Shown here one piece after another: positions 8,740 through 18,600 of a stretch of 64,000 bases of DNA (positions are counted from its first letter, which is position 1; every line of letters starts with the position of its first letter). This DNA comes from Spirochaetia bacterium. GTDB lineage: Bacteria; Spirochaetota; Spirochaetia; SZUA-6; Bin103. The DNA lies in NCBI GenBank assembly GCA_965208575.1, contig CBDBOV010000005.1, positions 704,001-768,000 on the forward strand, written 5' to 3'. The notes beneath the pieces were generated by a model. The model was not told where the DNA came from and searched no databases. It worked only from the letters and a program-made list of their open reading frames with translations. Made by a program: the position numbers and the translations under genes.

Positions 8740-10137
8740 TTACAACAGCGCCTGCTCGGCGCGGTAGCGCGCGAATCCGTCCTCGTAGAGCGTGCGGTGC
8801 CGGGTGTCCGGCTCGATTGCGGCGCCGATCTTCACCAGCCGGGCGGCCGCCGCACCGACACTCGGGTCGAAGCCGAGCGCATGCGAGGCCACGCATGCGC
8901 AGCCGGTCAACTCCGCGTCCAGCACCTCCGGCACCAGCAGCGTACGGCCGACGATGTCGGCCTTGATCCGGTTCAGCCGGCGCTGTCCGGCGCGCGCTCC
9001 GGACAGCCGAATCGCGCCGACCGGGCCGGCCGCCTCCTCGATCACCGCCACCGAGTCGCGCAGCGCGTAGCCGATCGCTTCCAGCACCGCGCGCGCCATC
9101 TGTTCGCGTCCATGCTCCAGTCCGAGCCCGCTGAACACCGCGCGTACGTCGCTGCGCCACAGCGGCGTCCGTTCGCCGGCCAGGTAGGGCAGGAACAGCA
9201 CCCCGCCGGCACCGGGCGCGCTGCGTGCCGCCCGTTCCCACAACGAGCCGTCGTCCTGCGCGATGCGCGCGAACCACTCCAGCGCCTTGCCGGTGGTGGA
9301 GATCAGTCCCGCTACGCTGAACAGGCCGTCGACGATGTGCGGCAGGCACAGCAACCGCGGGTCGGCGACCGGGCGCCGGGAGCAGTAGTTCACCCCGTCC
9401 GAGCTGCCCGACCGGTTGCAGGTCTCCCCCTCCCGCACCGCCGCGGTGCCCAGCATCGCCATCACGTAATCCGGCGCGCCGGCGTACACCGGTACGGCGG
9501 CCGGAATGCCCACCTCGGCCGCGGCGGCCGCCGTGGTGCTGCCGAGCGCGGTGCCGGTGGCGACGAACGGGGGCAACTTGGCGGGGTCGAGAGCGAGCGC
9601 GTCGAGCAGGGCGTCGTCCCAGTAGTAGCGCTGAAACGGGGGCGCCGCCAGAGCGGTGTGCCAGCACCCGGTGAGCCGCAGCGCCACGTACTCGGGGCCG
9701 GAGACGAAACCGCGGGTCTGCCGGTACAGTTCCGGTGCATGGCGATACACCCAGTAGATCTTGGCCAGGAAGAAGCTCGCCTCGCGAGCCCTGCCGGTGC
9801 GCTCCGCAATCAGAGCCACCTCCGCGCCGCTGCGCCGGTCGAGCCAGGTGATTGCCGGGTGCAGCGGCCGGCCGTCCGCGCCGGCCGGCACCACGGTAGG
9901 CCCGTTTCCGGTTACCACGACCGCGGTCAGCGCGGACGGCGTGCCGAGGGCGCCGATGCAGGCGGCCACGGCGCGCAGCCAGTCGGCGGCGTCCACCTCG
10001 TGCACGCCGCCGGAAGCTGCCGTGGTGGCCACCGGTTGTGCGGCGGTGACCGTCGAGCCGTCGCCGTGGGCGAGGCCGCACTTGACCGCCGACGTACCCA
10101 CGTCGATGGCCAGTACCGGGGCATCCCAGCTTGTCAT
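8740..10137 (-). CDS. FGGY-family carbohydrate kinase (xylulokinase-like)
   Basis: LAIDVGTSAVK, AITWLDRR, FLPYLAGERTP, RAVLEAIG motifs. Confidence 0.9.
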   Translation of the reverse strand: MTSWDAPVLAIDVGTSAVKCGLAHGDGSTVTAAQPVATTAASGGVHEVDAADWLRAVAACIGALGTPSALTAVVVTGNGPTVVPAGADGRPLHPAITWLDRRSGAEVALIAERTGRAREASFFLAKIYWVYRHAPELYRQTRGFVSGPEYVALRLTGCWHTALAAPPFQRYYWDDALLDALALDPAKLPPFVATGTALGSTTAAAAAEVGIPAAVPVYAGAPDYVMAMLGTAAVREGETCNRSGSSDGVNYCSRRPVADPRLLCLPHIVDGLFSVAGLISTTGKALEWFARIAQDDGSLWERAARSAPGAGGVLFLPYLAGERTPLWRSDVRAVFSGLGLEHGREQMARAVLEAIGYALRDSVAVIEEAAGPVGAIRLSGARAGQRRLNRIKADIVGRTLLVPEVLDAELTGCACVASHALGFDPSVGAAAARLVKIGAAIEPDTRHRTLYEDGFARYRAEQALL

Positions 10138-10169
10138 GGCGGCGTTACCCTACCGAATCGGCGCGCCGG

Positions 10170-11435
10170 ATGAAACCTGATCGCGGCACTCGCGAGGCCC
10201 TCCCGCCGCCGCTCCATACCGGCACTCCCGGATCGTTCGCGCGCCGCACCATCGAGCAGCGCAAGCACTCGATCATCGCCGACCTGCTCGCGGCCGGCGG
10301 CCTCGCGCCGGCCGCGGTGGCCGGCCTGCGCGCGCTCGATCGCGAGATCGGCGGCGGCCGGTTCAGCGACCCGTTCGCGGCCGGCGGCGGCCCGCCGCTG
10401 GTACCGGCGGAGCGGCACGCCTGGCAGCAGGCGCTCCGCCCGCTGCTCGGCAGACCGTGGCTGGACCTGCCGTGGTACGAGGCGGAGGCCTCGTTCTACC
10501 TGCGCGTGCTCACCGCCACCGGCTACTACGAGCGCGCCGCGCCCGGCTATGGGCGCGATCCGTTTGCCCACCTCAAGCACGCCGAGTTGCAGCGCAACGC
10601 GCCGCGGCTGGCAGCCGAACTGGCGGGCGCCGAGCTGCCGGTGCTGCTGCGCTCGTCGCTGTGGGGCAACCGCGTCGACCTGTCCAACTACGAAATCGAC
10701 CGCGGCCACGCCGGCTCGGTAATCGCATCCGCATCGGCGTCGCCGGACGCCGGCGGCCAGCATGCGCCGGACCAACTGGTGATCGACCACGCCGATGCCG
10801 CGCTGCGCTGCCTGGCCCGCGCCCGGCGCGTGGACATCGCCACCGACAACGCCGGCGCCGAATTGACCTGCGACCTGGCCCTGGTCGCCCGTCTTCTGGC
10901 CTCCGGGGTGCGTCAAGTGCGACTGCACGTGAAGGACGCGCCGTTCTTCGTGTCGGATGCCACCGCTGCCGACGTGCACGGCACGCTGGCGCTGCTGAAC
11001 GCGCAGCCGCCTCCGGCACGCGCGGTCGGGCGTCGCCTTGCCGATGCGCTCGCCACCGGGTCCCTGCGCTTGCAGCCGCACTGGTTCTGGAACGGACCGC
11101 GCCACTACCCTGAACTGCCGGACTGCCTCATCGGCTCGCTGGCGCAGGCGGACCTGGTGGTCTTCAAAGGCGACGTCAACTATCGGCGGCTACTGTCCGA
11201 CCGGCAGTGGCCGGTCGATACGGAGGTCGCCGCAATTGCCGGCTACCTGCCGTCCCCGGCCCTCATACTGCGTACCTTGAAGAGCGAGATCGTGGCCGGC
11301 CTGACGCTGGGGCAGGCCGCGCAACTGGCCCGCCGCGACCGCGACTGGTTGATCAACGGGCGCCGCGGCATCATTCAACTGCTGGGGGGTGGGGAACGCC
11401 GAGGAGCGCAAGCCTCGGCGGGGGTATTCCGATAG
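10170..11435 (+). CDS. Damage-control phosphatase, ARMT1/DUF89 family
   Basis: DPFAHLK, LWGNRVDLS, DNAGAEL..DL, HVK..PFFVSDAT, FKGDVNYRRL, LRTLKSE motifs; ATG 10170 avoids overlap with the divergent kinase. Confidence 0.88.
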   Translation: MKPDRGTREALPPPLHTGTPGSFARRTIEQRKHSIIADLLAAGGLAPAAVAGLRALDREIGGGRFSDPFAAGGGPPLVPAERHAWQQALRPLLGRPWLDLPWYEAEASFYLRVLTATGYYERAAPGYGRDPFAHLKHAELQRNAPRLAAELAGAELPVLLRSSLWGNRVDLSNYEIDRGHAGSVIASASASPDAGGQHAPDQLVIDHADAALRCLARARRVDIATDNAGAELTCDLALVARLLASGVRQVRLHVKDAPFFVSDATAADVHGTLALLNAQPPPARAVGRRLADALATGSLRLQPHWFWNGPRHYPELPDCLIGSLAQADLVVFKGDVNYRRLLSDRQWPVDTEVAAIAGYLPSPALILRTLKSEIVAGLTLGQAAQLARRDRDWLINGRRGIIQLLGGGERRGAQASAGVFR

Positions 11436-11444
11436 ACTAGGGGC

Positions 11445-11729
11445 ATGCACATCTATATGATCCTGCTGCTCGATGCGCACGCAGACGTAGAAGCGCGGGT
11501 CCAAGAGGCCTACCAGGATAGCTACAAGTATAACGCCAATACGTACCTCGTCGTCGACTCAAGCTCCATTACCGAAAATGTCGCCGTGAAGGCAGGGATC
11601 AAGGGTGACGACCGCGTCGAAGATGCCTCCGGGTTCGTCGTCAAGTTGGGTTCACCGCCGTCGTACTCCGGGTTCACTGTCAGGGCACTGTGGGAGTGGC
11701 TCGTTGCCGCGGGAGAGCAAGCAAAATGA
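11445..11729 (+). CDS. Small hypothetical protein (94 aa), possibly ferredoxin-like fold
   Basis: Clean ORF, lower GC than flanks; beta-alpha-beta pattern ending FVVKL...YSG....LWEWL. Confidence 0.65.
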   Translation: MHIYMILLLDAHADVEARVQEAYQDSYKYNANTYLVVDSSSITENVAVKAGIKGDDRVEDASGFVVKLGSPPSYSGFTVRALWEWLVAAGEQAK

Positions 11730-12061
11730 TGTCACACGGATTGGAAGCAGTCCCCGAGCCACAAGGTGATGAGATAAGCGGTGGTGATGGCGGGGGGGTC
11801 GACCGCCGCCTCACCCGACTGGAAGAGCAGGTGCGCCATCTCACGGGCGATGTAGCGCGGAAGGCCGACATTGAGGCACTCAAGGCCAAGATCGAGGCAA
11901 GCAACACGCGTACCGAGACCGTTAGGACGGAAATCGAGTCGGCCAAGCGTGAACTCACGCAGCAGATTGGCGACAAGCAGGACGCTGCCACGAAGTGGAC
12001 AGTGGGTACCGGTGTGGCGGCCGCGGCCGCGATCGTCGCCTTGCTGAAGCTGATTCCATGA
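11726..12061 (+). CDS. Coiled-coil protein with C-terminal membrane anchor (DUF1640/CCDC90-like)
   Basis: ATGA overlap with the upstream ORF, GGGAGAG RBS; GGGxDRRLTRLE...ARKADI coiled coil, then KWTVGTGVAAAAAIVALLKL TM helix. Confidence 0.65.
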   Translation: MMSHGLEAVPEPQGDEISGGDGGGVDRRLTRLEEQVRHLTGDVARKADIEALKAKIEASNTRTETVRTEIESAKRELTQQIGDKQDAATKWTVGTGVAAAAAIVALLKLIP

Positions 12062-12071
12062 GTTGAACAGT

Positions 12072-14246
12072 TCACCTATCGGCCGACCCGCCTTCGAGCA
12101 GTTCCAGGAACTGCTCCTCGGTTATCACGGTCACCCCGAGCCGCTGCGCCTTGGCCAGCTTGCTGCCGGCGGCGCGTCCGGCAAGCAGGTGCGTGGTGCG
12201 CGAGGTGACGCCGCCGGTGACGCGGCCGCCGCGCGTCTTGATCTCGTCCGCGGCTTGGTCGCGCGGCCGAAACTGCGCGAAGCTTCCTGTCACGCACCAC
12301 GTCTGGCCGGCGAATCGACCCTCGCCCGCGTCATCGGCAGGGACCGGCGGCGGTGCCGTGAAGTTGAGGCCCGCCTCCCGGAGCCGCTTGATGCGGCGCA
12401 CGTTGGCCGCATCGGTGAGCTGCCGGATCACCGCCGCGGCGGTACGCTCCCCGATGCCTTCAATCGCGGTCAGCGGCTCCGGATCACCGGCCGCGGCAGC
12501 CTGCATCATCTTGTCGATGTCATGGTAGCCGGCGGCGATCAGCAGTTCAGTGGCGTTGGGTCCGATTTCCGGCATGCCGAGCGCCGGCAGCACGGTCCGG
12601 AACGGTTGCGCCCGGCTGCGCTCGATGCCCGCCTCGATCAGCGCCACCTTGCGTTCGCCGAAGCCCTCCCAGTCCAGGAGCTGGCCGGTGTCGAACCGGT
12701 AGATGTCTTCGACGTCGCGCAGTACGCCGCGCGCAATGAGCTGGTCGAGCGTCTCGCTGCCGAGATTGTCGATGTCCATCTGCCCGCGGGCGGCGAAGAA
12801 GTGGATGCGCCCGCGCACCTGGTCGCGGCACTGCTCGTTGCGGCAGAAGTGGTGCGCGCCGGCCACCTCCAGCGGCGCAGCGCACGCGGGGCAACGCTCC
12901 GGCATGCGCCAGGTGGTGTTGCCGGCGCTGTTCTTGTCGAGCACCCGCTCCACCGCGGGAATCACGTCGCCGCGCCGGGAAACCGCCACCTGGTCGCCCA
13001 CCGCCAGTTCCAGGGTGTCGATATAGTGCTGGTTGTGCAGGGTGACGTTGGCCACCGTGGTGCCGCCGATCGCCACCGGCGCCACCCGCGCTACCGGCGT
13101 GATGCGCCCCGTGCGGCCCACCTGGATGGCGATCGCCTGCACCGTGCTGTGCGCCTCCGGAGCGTCGAACTTGAACGCCCGCGCCCAGCGTGGGTGGTGG
13201 CCGGTCACGCCGAGTTGGGCGCGCACCGCGGCCTCATTTACCTTGATCACCATGCCGTCGATTTCGTAGTCGAGCCCGGCGCGCCGTCCGGTGGCCCGCT
13301 CAAGCAGCGCCGGCAGTGCCGCCAGCGGCTCTACCCGCCAATCCTCGTGGCGGGTACGCGCCGCATCGAGCTGGTCGGCCGGCACCAGCAGGGCGTTGGA
13401 GGCGTTGACCGGGAAGCCTAGCCTGCGCAGCCGGTCCAGTGAGGAAGCGTGGTCGGGCGGCCCGCCGGCGGCGAACAGCGCTTCGTAGGCGATGAACCGC
13501 AACGGGATGGCGGCCACGTCCCGGCTCTTGACCCGGCGCACGGCACCGGCCGCGAAATTGCGCGGATTGGCGTACGCCTCCTCGGCGGCCGCGTTGAGGC
13601 GCGCGAATTCCGCCAGCGGCAGGAATATCTCGCCGCGCACCGCCACTTCCAGCGGCTCCGGCAGGCGCAGCGGCACCGAGCGGATCGTCTTCACGTTGGC
13701 GGTCACGTCATTGCCCACCGCACCGTTGCCGCGGGTCACCGCCCGCTCCAATGCGCCGCCGCGGTAATACAGGACAATCGACGAGCCGTCGATCTTCTCC
13801 TCCACGGTGAAGCTCAGCGGTGTGCCGGCTGTGCCCGCCGTGCCCGCTGCGCCGGCTGCGGTCGCTGTGCCGGCTGCGGTGGCTGTGCCGGCTGTGCCGG
13901 CTGCGGTGGCTGCGGTGGCTGCGGTGGCGCACTTGTCCATCCACGCGGCCACCTCGGTGGAGCTGTACGCTTTGTCCAGGCTCAGCACCGGCACCGAGTG
14001 GCGCACCTCGGGCAGGTCCTGGCGCAGGTCCGAACCCACGCGCGCGCTCGGCGAGTCGGGCCGCCTCAGTTCGGGATGGTCGGCTTCCAGACGGCACAGC
14101 TCGTCGAACAGTCTGTCGTAGGCGGCATCGCTTGCCGTCGGCCGTGCCAGGACGTGGTACTCGTACTCGTGGCGACGCAGCAACGCGGCGAGTTCCGCAT
14201 GCCGGTCGCAGGGCGCGTGCTTCATGGCGGTTGGTATTGTACTCAC
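12072..14246 (-). CDS. ligA: NAD-dependent DNA ligase
   Basis: EEKIDG adenylation motif, TRGNG..G.DVT, VRGEIF, ANPRN.AAG, EIDGMVIKVN, Cys4 zinc finger, C-terminal BRCT; exact start uncertain. Confidence 0.96.
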   Translation of the reverse strand: MSTIPTAMKHAPCDRHAELAALLRRHEYEYHVLARPTASDAAYDRLFDELCRLEADHPELRRPDSPSARVGSDLRQDLPEVRHSVPVLSLDKAYSSTEVAAWMDKCATAATAATAAGTAGTATAAGTATAAGAAGTAGTAGTPLSFTVEEKIDGSSIVLYYRGGALERAVTRGNGAVGNDVTANVKTIRSVPLRLPEPLEVAVRGEIFLPLAEFARLNAAAEEAYANPRNFAAGAVRRVKSRDVAAIPLRFIAYEALFAAGGPPDHASSLDRLRRLGFPVNASNALLVPADQLDAARTRHEDWRVEPLAALPALLERATGRRAGLDYEIDGMVIKVNEAAVRAQLGVTGHHPRWARAFKFDAPEAHSTVQAIAIQVGRTGRITPVARVAPVAIGGTTVANVTLHNQHYIDTLELAVGDQVAVSRRGDVIPAVERVLDKNSAGNTTWRMPERCPACAAPLEVAGAHHFCRNEQCRDQVRGRIHFFAARGQMDIDNLGSETLDQLIARGVLRDVEDIYRFDTGQLLDWEGFGERKVALIEAGIERSRAQPFRTVLPALGMPEIGPNATELLIAAGYHDIDKMMQAAAAGDPEPLTAIEGIGERTAAAVIRQLTDAANVRRIKRLREAGLNFTAPPPVPADDAGEGRFAGQTWCVTGSFAQFRPRDQAADEIKTRGGRVTGGVTSRTTHLLAGRAAGSKLAKAQRLGVTVITEEQFLELLEGGSADR
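13821..13929 (-). repeat. In-frame 9-bp degenerate tandem repeat in ligA
   Basis: About 12 units of gctgcggtg / gctgtgccg encoding ATAATAATAAGTAGTATAAGTATAAGAAGTAGTAGT. Confidence 0.9.
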
Positions 14247-14308
14247 AAAACAGCCGCGCCGGGCCGCACCGTTGCCGCCATGCGGCCAGGAGTGGTAGCG
14301 TCCGGGGC

Positions 14309-15574
14309 GTGTCTGAGCGACCGCCGGATGCTGCCGAACACGACGATGCGCTTTCGCTGCTCGACCTGGTGGGAGTGCTGGTCAGGCGGCGCTGGCTGAT
14401 CGTTTCGGTCACCGTCATCGGCACGCTGCTGGTGTTCGGCTACGCGCTGCTGTCCCTGGTGCTGCCGGCGTCCAGTTCCTGGAACCTGCTGCCGAACGTG
14501 TATCGGCCGGACGCCAAGGTGCTGCTGGCAGAGGAGGACTCGTCGGGCCTGGGGTCGCTGTCACTGGGGCCCGAGGGTTCCGGCGCACTCGGCCAACTGC
14601 TCGGCGTCACCGGCGGAAACAGCAGCGCGGCGCTGGCCCAGGAGTTGCTGGCGGGACGCACGATTCACGATCGGATTATCGACGAGTTCGACTTGATCGA
14701 GCGGTTCCGCGCCGCCGAGCATCCGCGCAGCGCGGCGCGCGCTCTGGTCGCCGGGTCGCTGCAGTACGAATTCGAACCGGAGTCGGCGATCCTCAGCGTC
14801 GCCTACGAGGACCCCGACCCCGAGTTTGCCGCCGCCGTGCTGGCCCGCATCCTCGTGCTCCTGGAGCAGCGTTTTCGCGCCCTGACCATGGAGACGGTGT
14901 CGTTGCGCAAGCAGCACGTGGAAGAGCGGCTGGCGGCCGTCAGCGCCGACCGGCAGGCGGCTCAGGACCGCCTGGTCGCGTTCCATCGCGCCACGGGCAT
15001 CGTCGACATCCAGGAACAGTCGACCGAGTCGGGCCGCCTGCTCGCGGAGTACAAGCGCGAGTTGCTGACCAAGGAAGTGGAACTGCAGTCGTTGCGCGAG
15101 TTCTTTCCCGACAGCGACGCCTCGGTGGTACAACTGCAGAGCGAGATCGAGATCGTGCGCCGCGTCCTGGACGAATTGCAGAGCGGCTTCAGCTCCTTCT
15201 CGCCGCAGACCATCCCGCGCGATGACCTGCCGGCGGTGGCCGCGGAGTATCTCAACCTGAGCCGCGACCTGGAGCTGCAGGAACAGCTCTACTCGGTGCT
15301 CCGGCAACAGTACGAACTGACCCGAATCGACGAGACCGACCCGTCCCGCACCTTCCAGGTGATCGAGCCGGTCGAGGTACCGGAGGTCCGGCACTGGCCG
15401 AACCGCGCGCTGGTGTGCGTGCTCGCGGCGCTGACCGCGTTCCTGGTCGCGATTCTGGCGGCGTTCTTCCTGGAGTACCTGGTCCGGGTGCGCAACGACC
15501 CGGTGGAAGCCGCCAAGCTGGCGGACATTCGCGCTCACCTGCGCGCCGGCGGCGGGGCGCGTGGGAGTGCCTGA
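14309..15574 (+). CDS. Polysaccharide chain-length determinant (Wzz/GumC/Wzc N-terminal family)
   Basis: LSLLDLVGVLVRRRWLI N-terminal TM, long periplasmic coiled coil, QVIEPVEVPE..HWPNRAL then C-terminal TM; no kinase domain. Confidence 0.85.
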   Translation: MSERPPDAAEHDDALSLLDLVGVLVRRRWLIVSVTVIGTLLVFGYALLSLVLPASSSWNLLPNVYRPDAKVLLAEEDSSGLGSLSLGPEGSGALGQLLGVTGGNSSAALAQELLAGRTIHDRIIDEFDLIERFRAAEHPRSAARALVAGSLQYEFEPESAILSVAYEDPDPEFAAAVLARILVLLEQRFRALTMETVSLRKQHVEERLAAVSADRQAAQDRLVAFHRATGIVDIQEQSTESGRLLAEYKRELLTKEVELQSLREFFPDSDASVVQLQSEIEIVRRVLDELQSGFSSFSPQTIPRDDLPAVAAEYLNLSRDLELQEQLYSVLRQQYELTRIDETDPSRTFQVIEPVEVPEVRHWPNRALVCVLAALTAFLVAILAAFFLEYLVRVRNDPVEAAKLADIRAHLRAGGGARGSA

Positions 15575-15692
15575 GCGGCGCCGTTCGCGCCGGTTCCTGC
15601 GCCCGGCACCAGGCCGCGGCGCCGGCGCGGCGCCCGGGCGCCGGGTCACTGGACGCGGGGCCCCCGGCAGACTAAGGTGCCGCCGTTAGCGC

Positions 15693-18600
15693 ATGTCCCG
15701 ATTCGTCCACCTGCACGTGCACTCCGATTACTCGCTGCTTGACGGCGCCGCCTCGATCGACGCCCTGGTCGACAAGGCGGTGGGGTGCGGCATGAGCCAC
15801 CTGGCCCTCACCGACCACGGCGCCATGTTTGGCGCCGTCGCCTTCCACGACGCCTGCCGGGCGCGCGGCGTCATGCCGCTGGTCGGCTCCGAGTGCTACC
15901 TCAGCCGCGGCTCGCGGCACGACCGCGGCTCCGGCCACGGCAGCCACGACGGCGAACGCGCCTCGCGCAGCTTCCACATGGGCCTGCTGGCGCGCAACGA
16001 GACCGGCTACCGCAACCTGATGCAGCTCTCCACCATCGGCTACACCGAGGGGTTCTACTACCGGCCGCGCATCGACGAGGAGGTGCTCGCCGCCCACGCC
16101 GACGGTCTGGTCGGGTTTTCCGGCTGCCTGTCGGCCAAGATCCCGTGGCTGATCGGGGAGGGCCGGACCGCGGAGGCCACCGACCTGGCGGTGAACTACC
16201 GCGATCTGTTCGGGCCCGGCAACTTCTACCTGGAGTTGCAGAATCACGGGCTGGAGCAGCAGGACACGCTCAACCGGGCACTGATCGAAATGGCGCGCCG
16301 CACGGAGATTCCGCTGGTCGCCACCAACGACGTGCACTACGCCGACCGCGACGACGCGCGCGCCCAGGACGTGCTGATCTGCATCGGCACCGGCAAGCGC
16401 CTGTCCGACACCGACCGCCTGCGCTTCGACAGCCGCGAGTTCTACTTCAAGGACGAGGCCGAAATGCTGCGCCTGTTCGACGGCGTGCCGGAGGCGGTGT
16501 ACAACACCGCGCAGGTGGCCGAGCGCTGCCAGCTCGAGATTCCCCGGCCCGGTCCCCTGCTCCCGGTGTACGAGGTGCCCGACGGCCATACCCAGGAGTC
16601 GTATCTGCGCCACATCGCCGCGGTCGGCCTGGCCGAACGCTACGCCACCGTCACGCCGGAGCTGCGCGCCCGCCTCGACTACGAACTCGGCGTGATCGAA
16701 TCCATGGGCTATGCCGGCTACTTTCTGATCGTGTGGGACTTCATCGCGTTCGCGCGCCGCCGCAGGCTGCCGGTGGGGCCGGGCCGCGGTTCCGGGGCGG
16801 CTTCGCTGGTGGCCTACGCGCTGCGCATCACCGACATCGAACCGTTCGCGTACGGACTGGTGTTCGAGCGCTTCCTCAACCCGGAACGGGTGTCGATGCC
16901 CGACTTCGACATCGATTTCTGCTACGCGCGCAGAGGCGAAGTAATCGACTACGTGGCGAGGAAGTATGGCAAGGAGCGCGTGGCCCAGATCATCACCTTC
17001 GGTACCCTCAAGGCGCGCGCGGCGATCCGCGACGTGGCGCGCGTGCTGGACATCCCGTACGCGGAGGCGGATTCCGTGGCCAAGCTGGTGCCGGGCGGCC
17101 CGAAGAGTGACCTGAAGACGGCGATCGCGCAGGAACCGGGGCTGCGCGCGGTGCGCGAGCGGGGCGGCGCCTATGCCGAGCTGCTCGACATCAGCCTCAA
17201 GCTGGAGGGACTGTCGCGGCACGCCTCCACGCACGCCGCCGGCATCGTGATCGGGCGCGATGCGCTCACCAACTACGTGCCGCTGTACCGCGATACGCGC
17301 AGCGGCGCCATCTCCACGCAGTATACCGGCGAAGACATTCTGCAGGGCTGCGGCCTGGTCAAGATGGACTTTCTCGGCCTCAAGACCCTGACGGTGATCG
17401 AGAACACGGTACGGCTGATTCGTGCCTCGCAGGCGCCCGGCGACGTCCCGTTCGACCTCGCGGAGGTGCCGGAGGACGACGCCGACACCTACCGGATGCT
17501 CGGCGAGGGCAAGGCGACGTGCGTGTTCCAGTTCGAGAGTCCCGGCATGCGCAGCCTGCTGACCCGCGCCCGCCCGCAGCGCATCCAGGACCTGATGGCG
17601 CTGACTTCGCTGTACCGGCCCGGGCCGATGCAGTTCATCGACCAGTTCATCGAGGCCAAGGCGGGCCGCCGGCCGGTGCAGTACCCGCTGCCGGAACTGC
17701 GCCCGGTGCTCGAGGAGACCTACGGCGTCATCATCTACCAGGAACAGGTGATGAAGATCGCCCAGATCGTGGCCGGCTACTCGCTCGGCCAGGCGGACAT
17801 CCTGCGCCGCGCGATGGGCAAGAAGAAGCCGGCGGAGATGGCGCAGCAGCGCGAGCGGTTCATCAGCGGCGCGGCCGAACAGGGCCACCGGCAGAAGGTG
17901 GCGGCGGACCTGTTCGACATGCTCGCACCGTTCGCCGAGTATGGCTTCCCGAAGCCGCACGCCGCCGCGTATTCGATCCTGTCGTTCCAGACCGCCTACC
18001 TCAAGGCGCATCACCGCGCCGAATTCATGGCCGCCAACCTGACCAACGAGATGGCGGACACCGACAAGCTCGCCGACTACATCGGCGAGGCGCGCGACAT
18101 GGGCCTGGAAGTGCTGCCGCCCGACATCAACCGCTCCATCGGAGACTTCTCGGTCGCCGACGGCCGTATCGTGTTCGGCCTGCAGGGAATCAAGAACGTG
18201 GGCACCGGCGCGGTGGCCGAGATCGCGGCGCAGCGCGAGCAGGCGGGTCCCTACGCCAGCTTCACCGAATTCCTGGAGCGGGTGGAGCTGGGGCAGGTCA
18301 ACCGCAAGGTGGTGGAGACGCTGGTGCAGGTCGGCGCGTTCGACGGCCTGGTCGCCGGCGAGGATCGCGCCACCCTGATGGGCAACCTCGAACGGCTGCT
18401 CGACCAGGTCACCGCCGACAAGGAGAGCCGCCGCTACGGCCAGCAGTCGCTGTTCGGCGAAGACGACGGCGAGCTTCCCCGCTACGCGCTCGAGGCGCAC
18501 GCGCCGTGGCCGCAGAGCGAGCTGCTGCGGATCGAAAAGGAAGCGCTCGGCATGTTCTTCTCCGGCCATCCGCTCGACGAGTTCCGCGCGGTCGCCGAGC

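Noticed and set aside
11429-12082. 7-bp inverted repeat ccgatag/ctatcgg flanking the two-gene cassette
   Set aside because: Too short, lies within the flanking coding ends, and has no target-site duplication or transposase; likely chance
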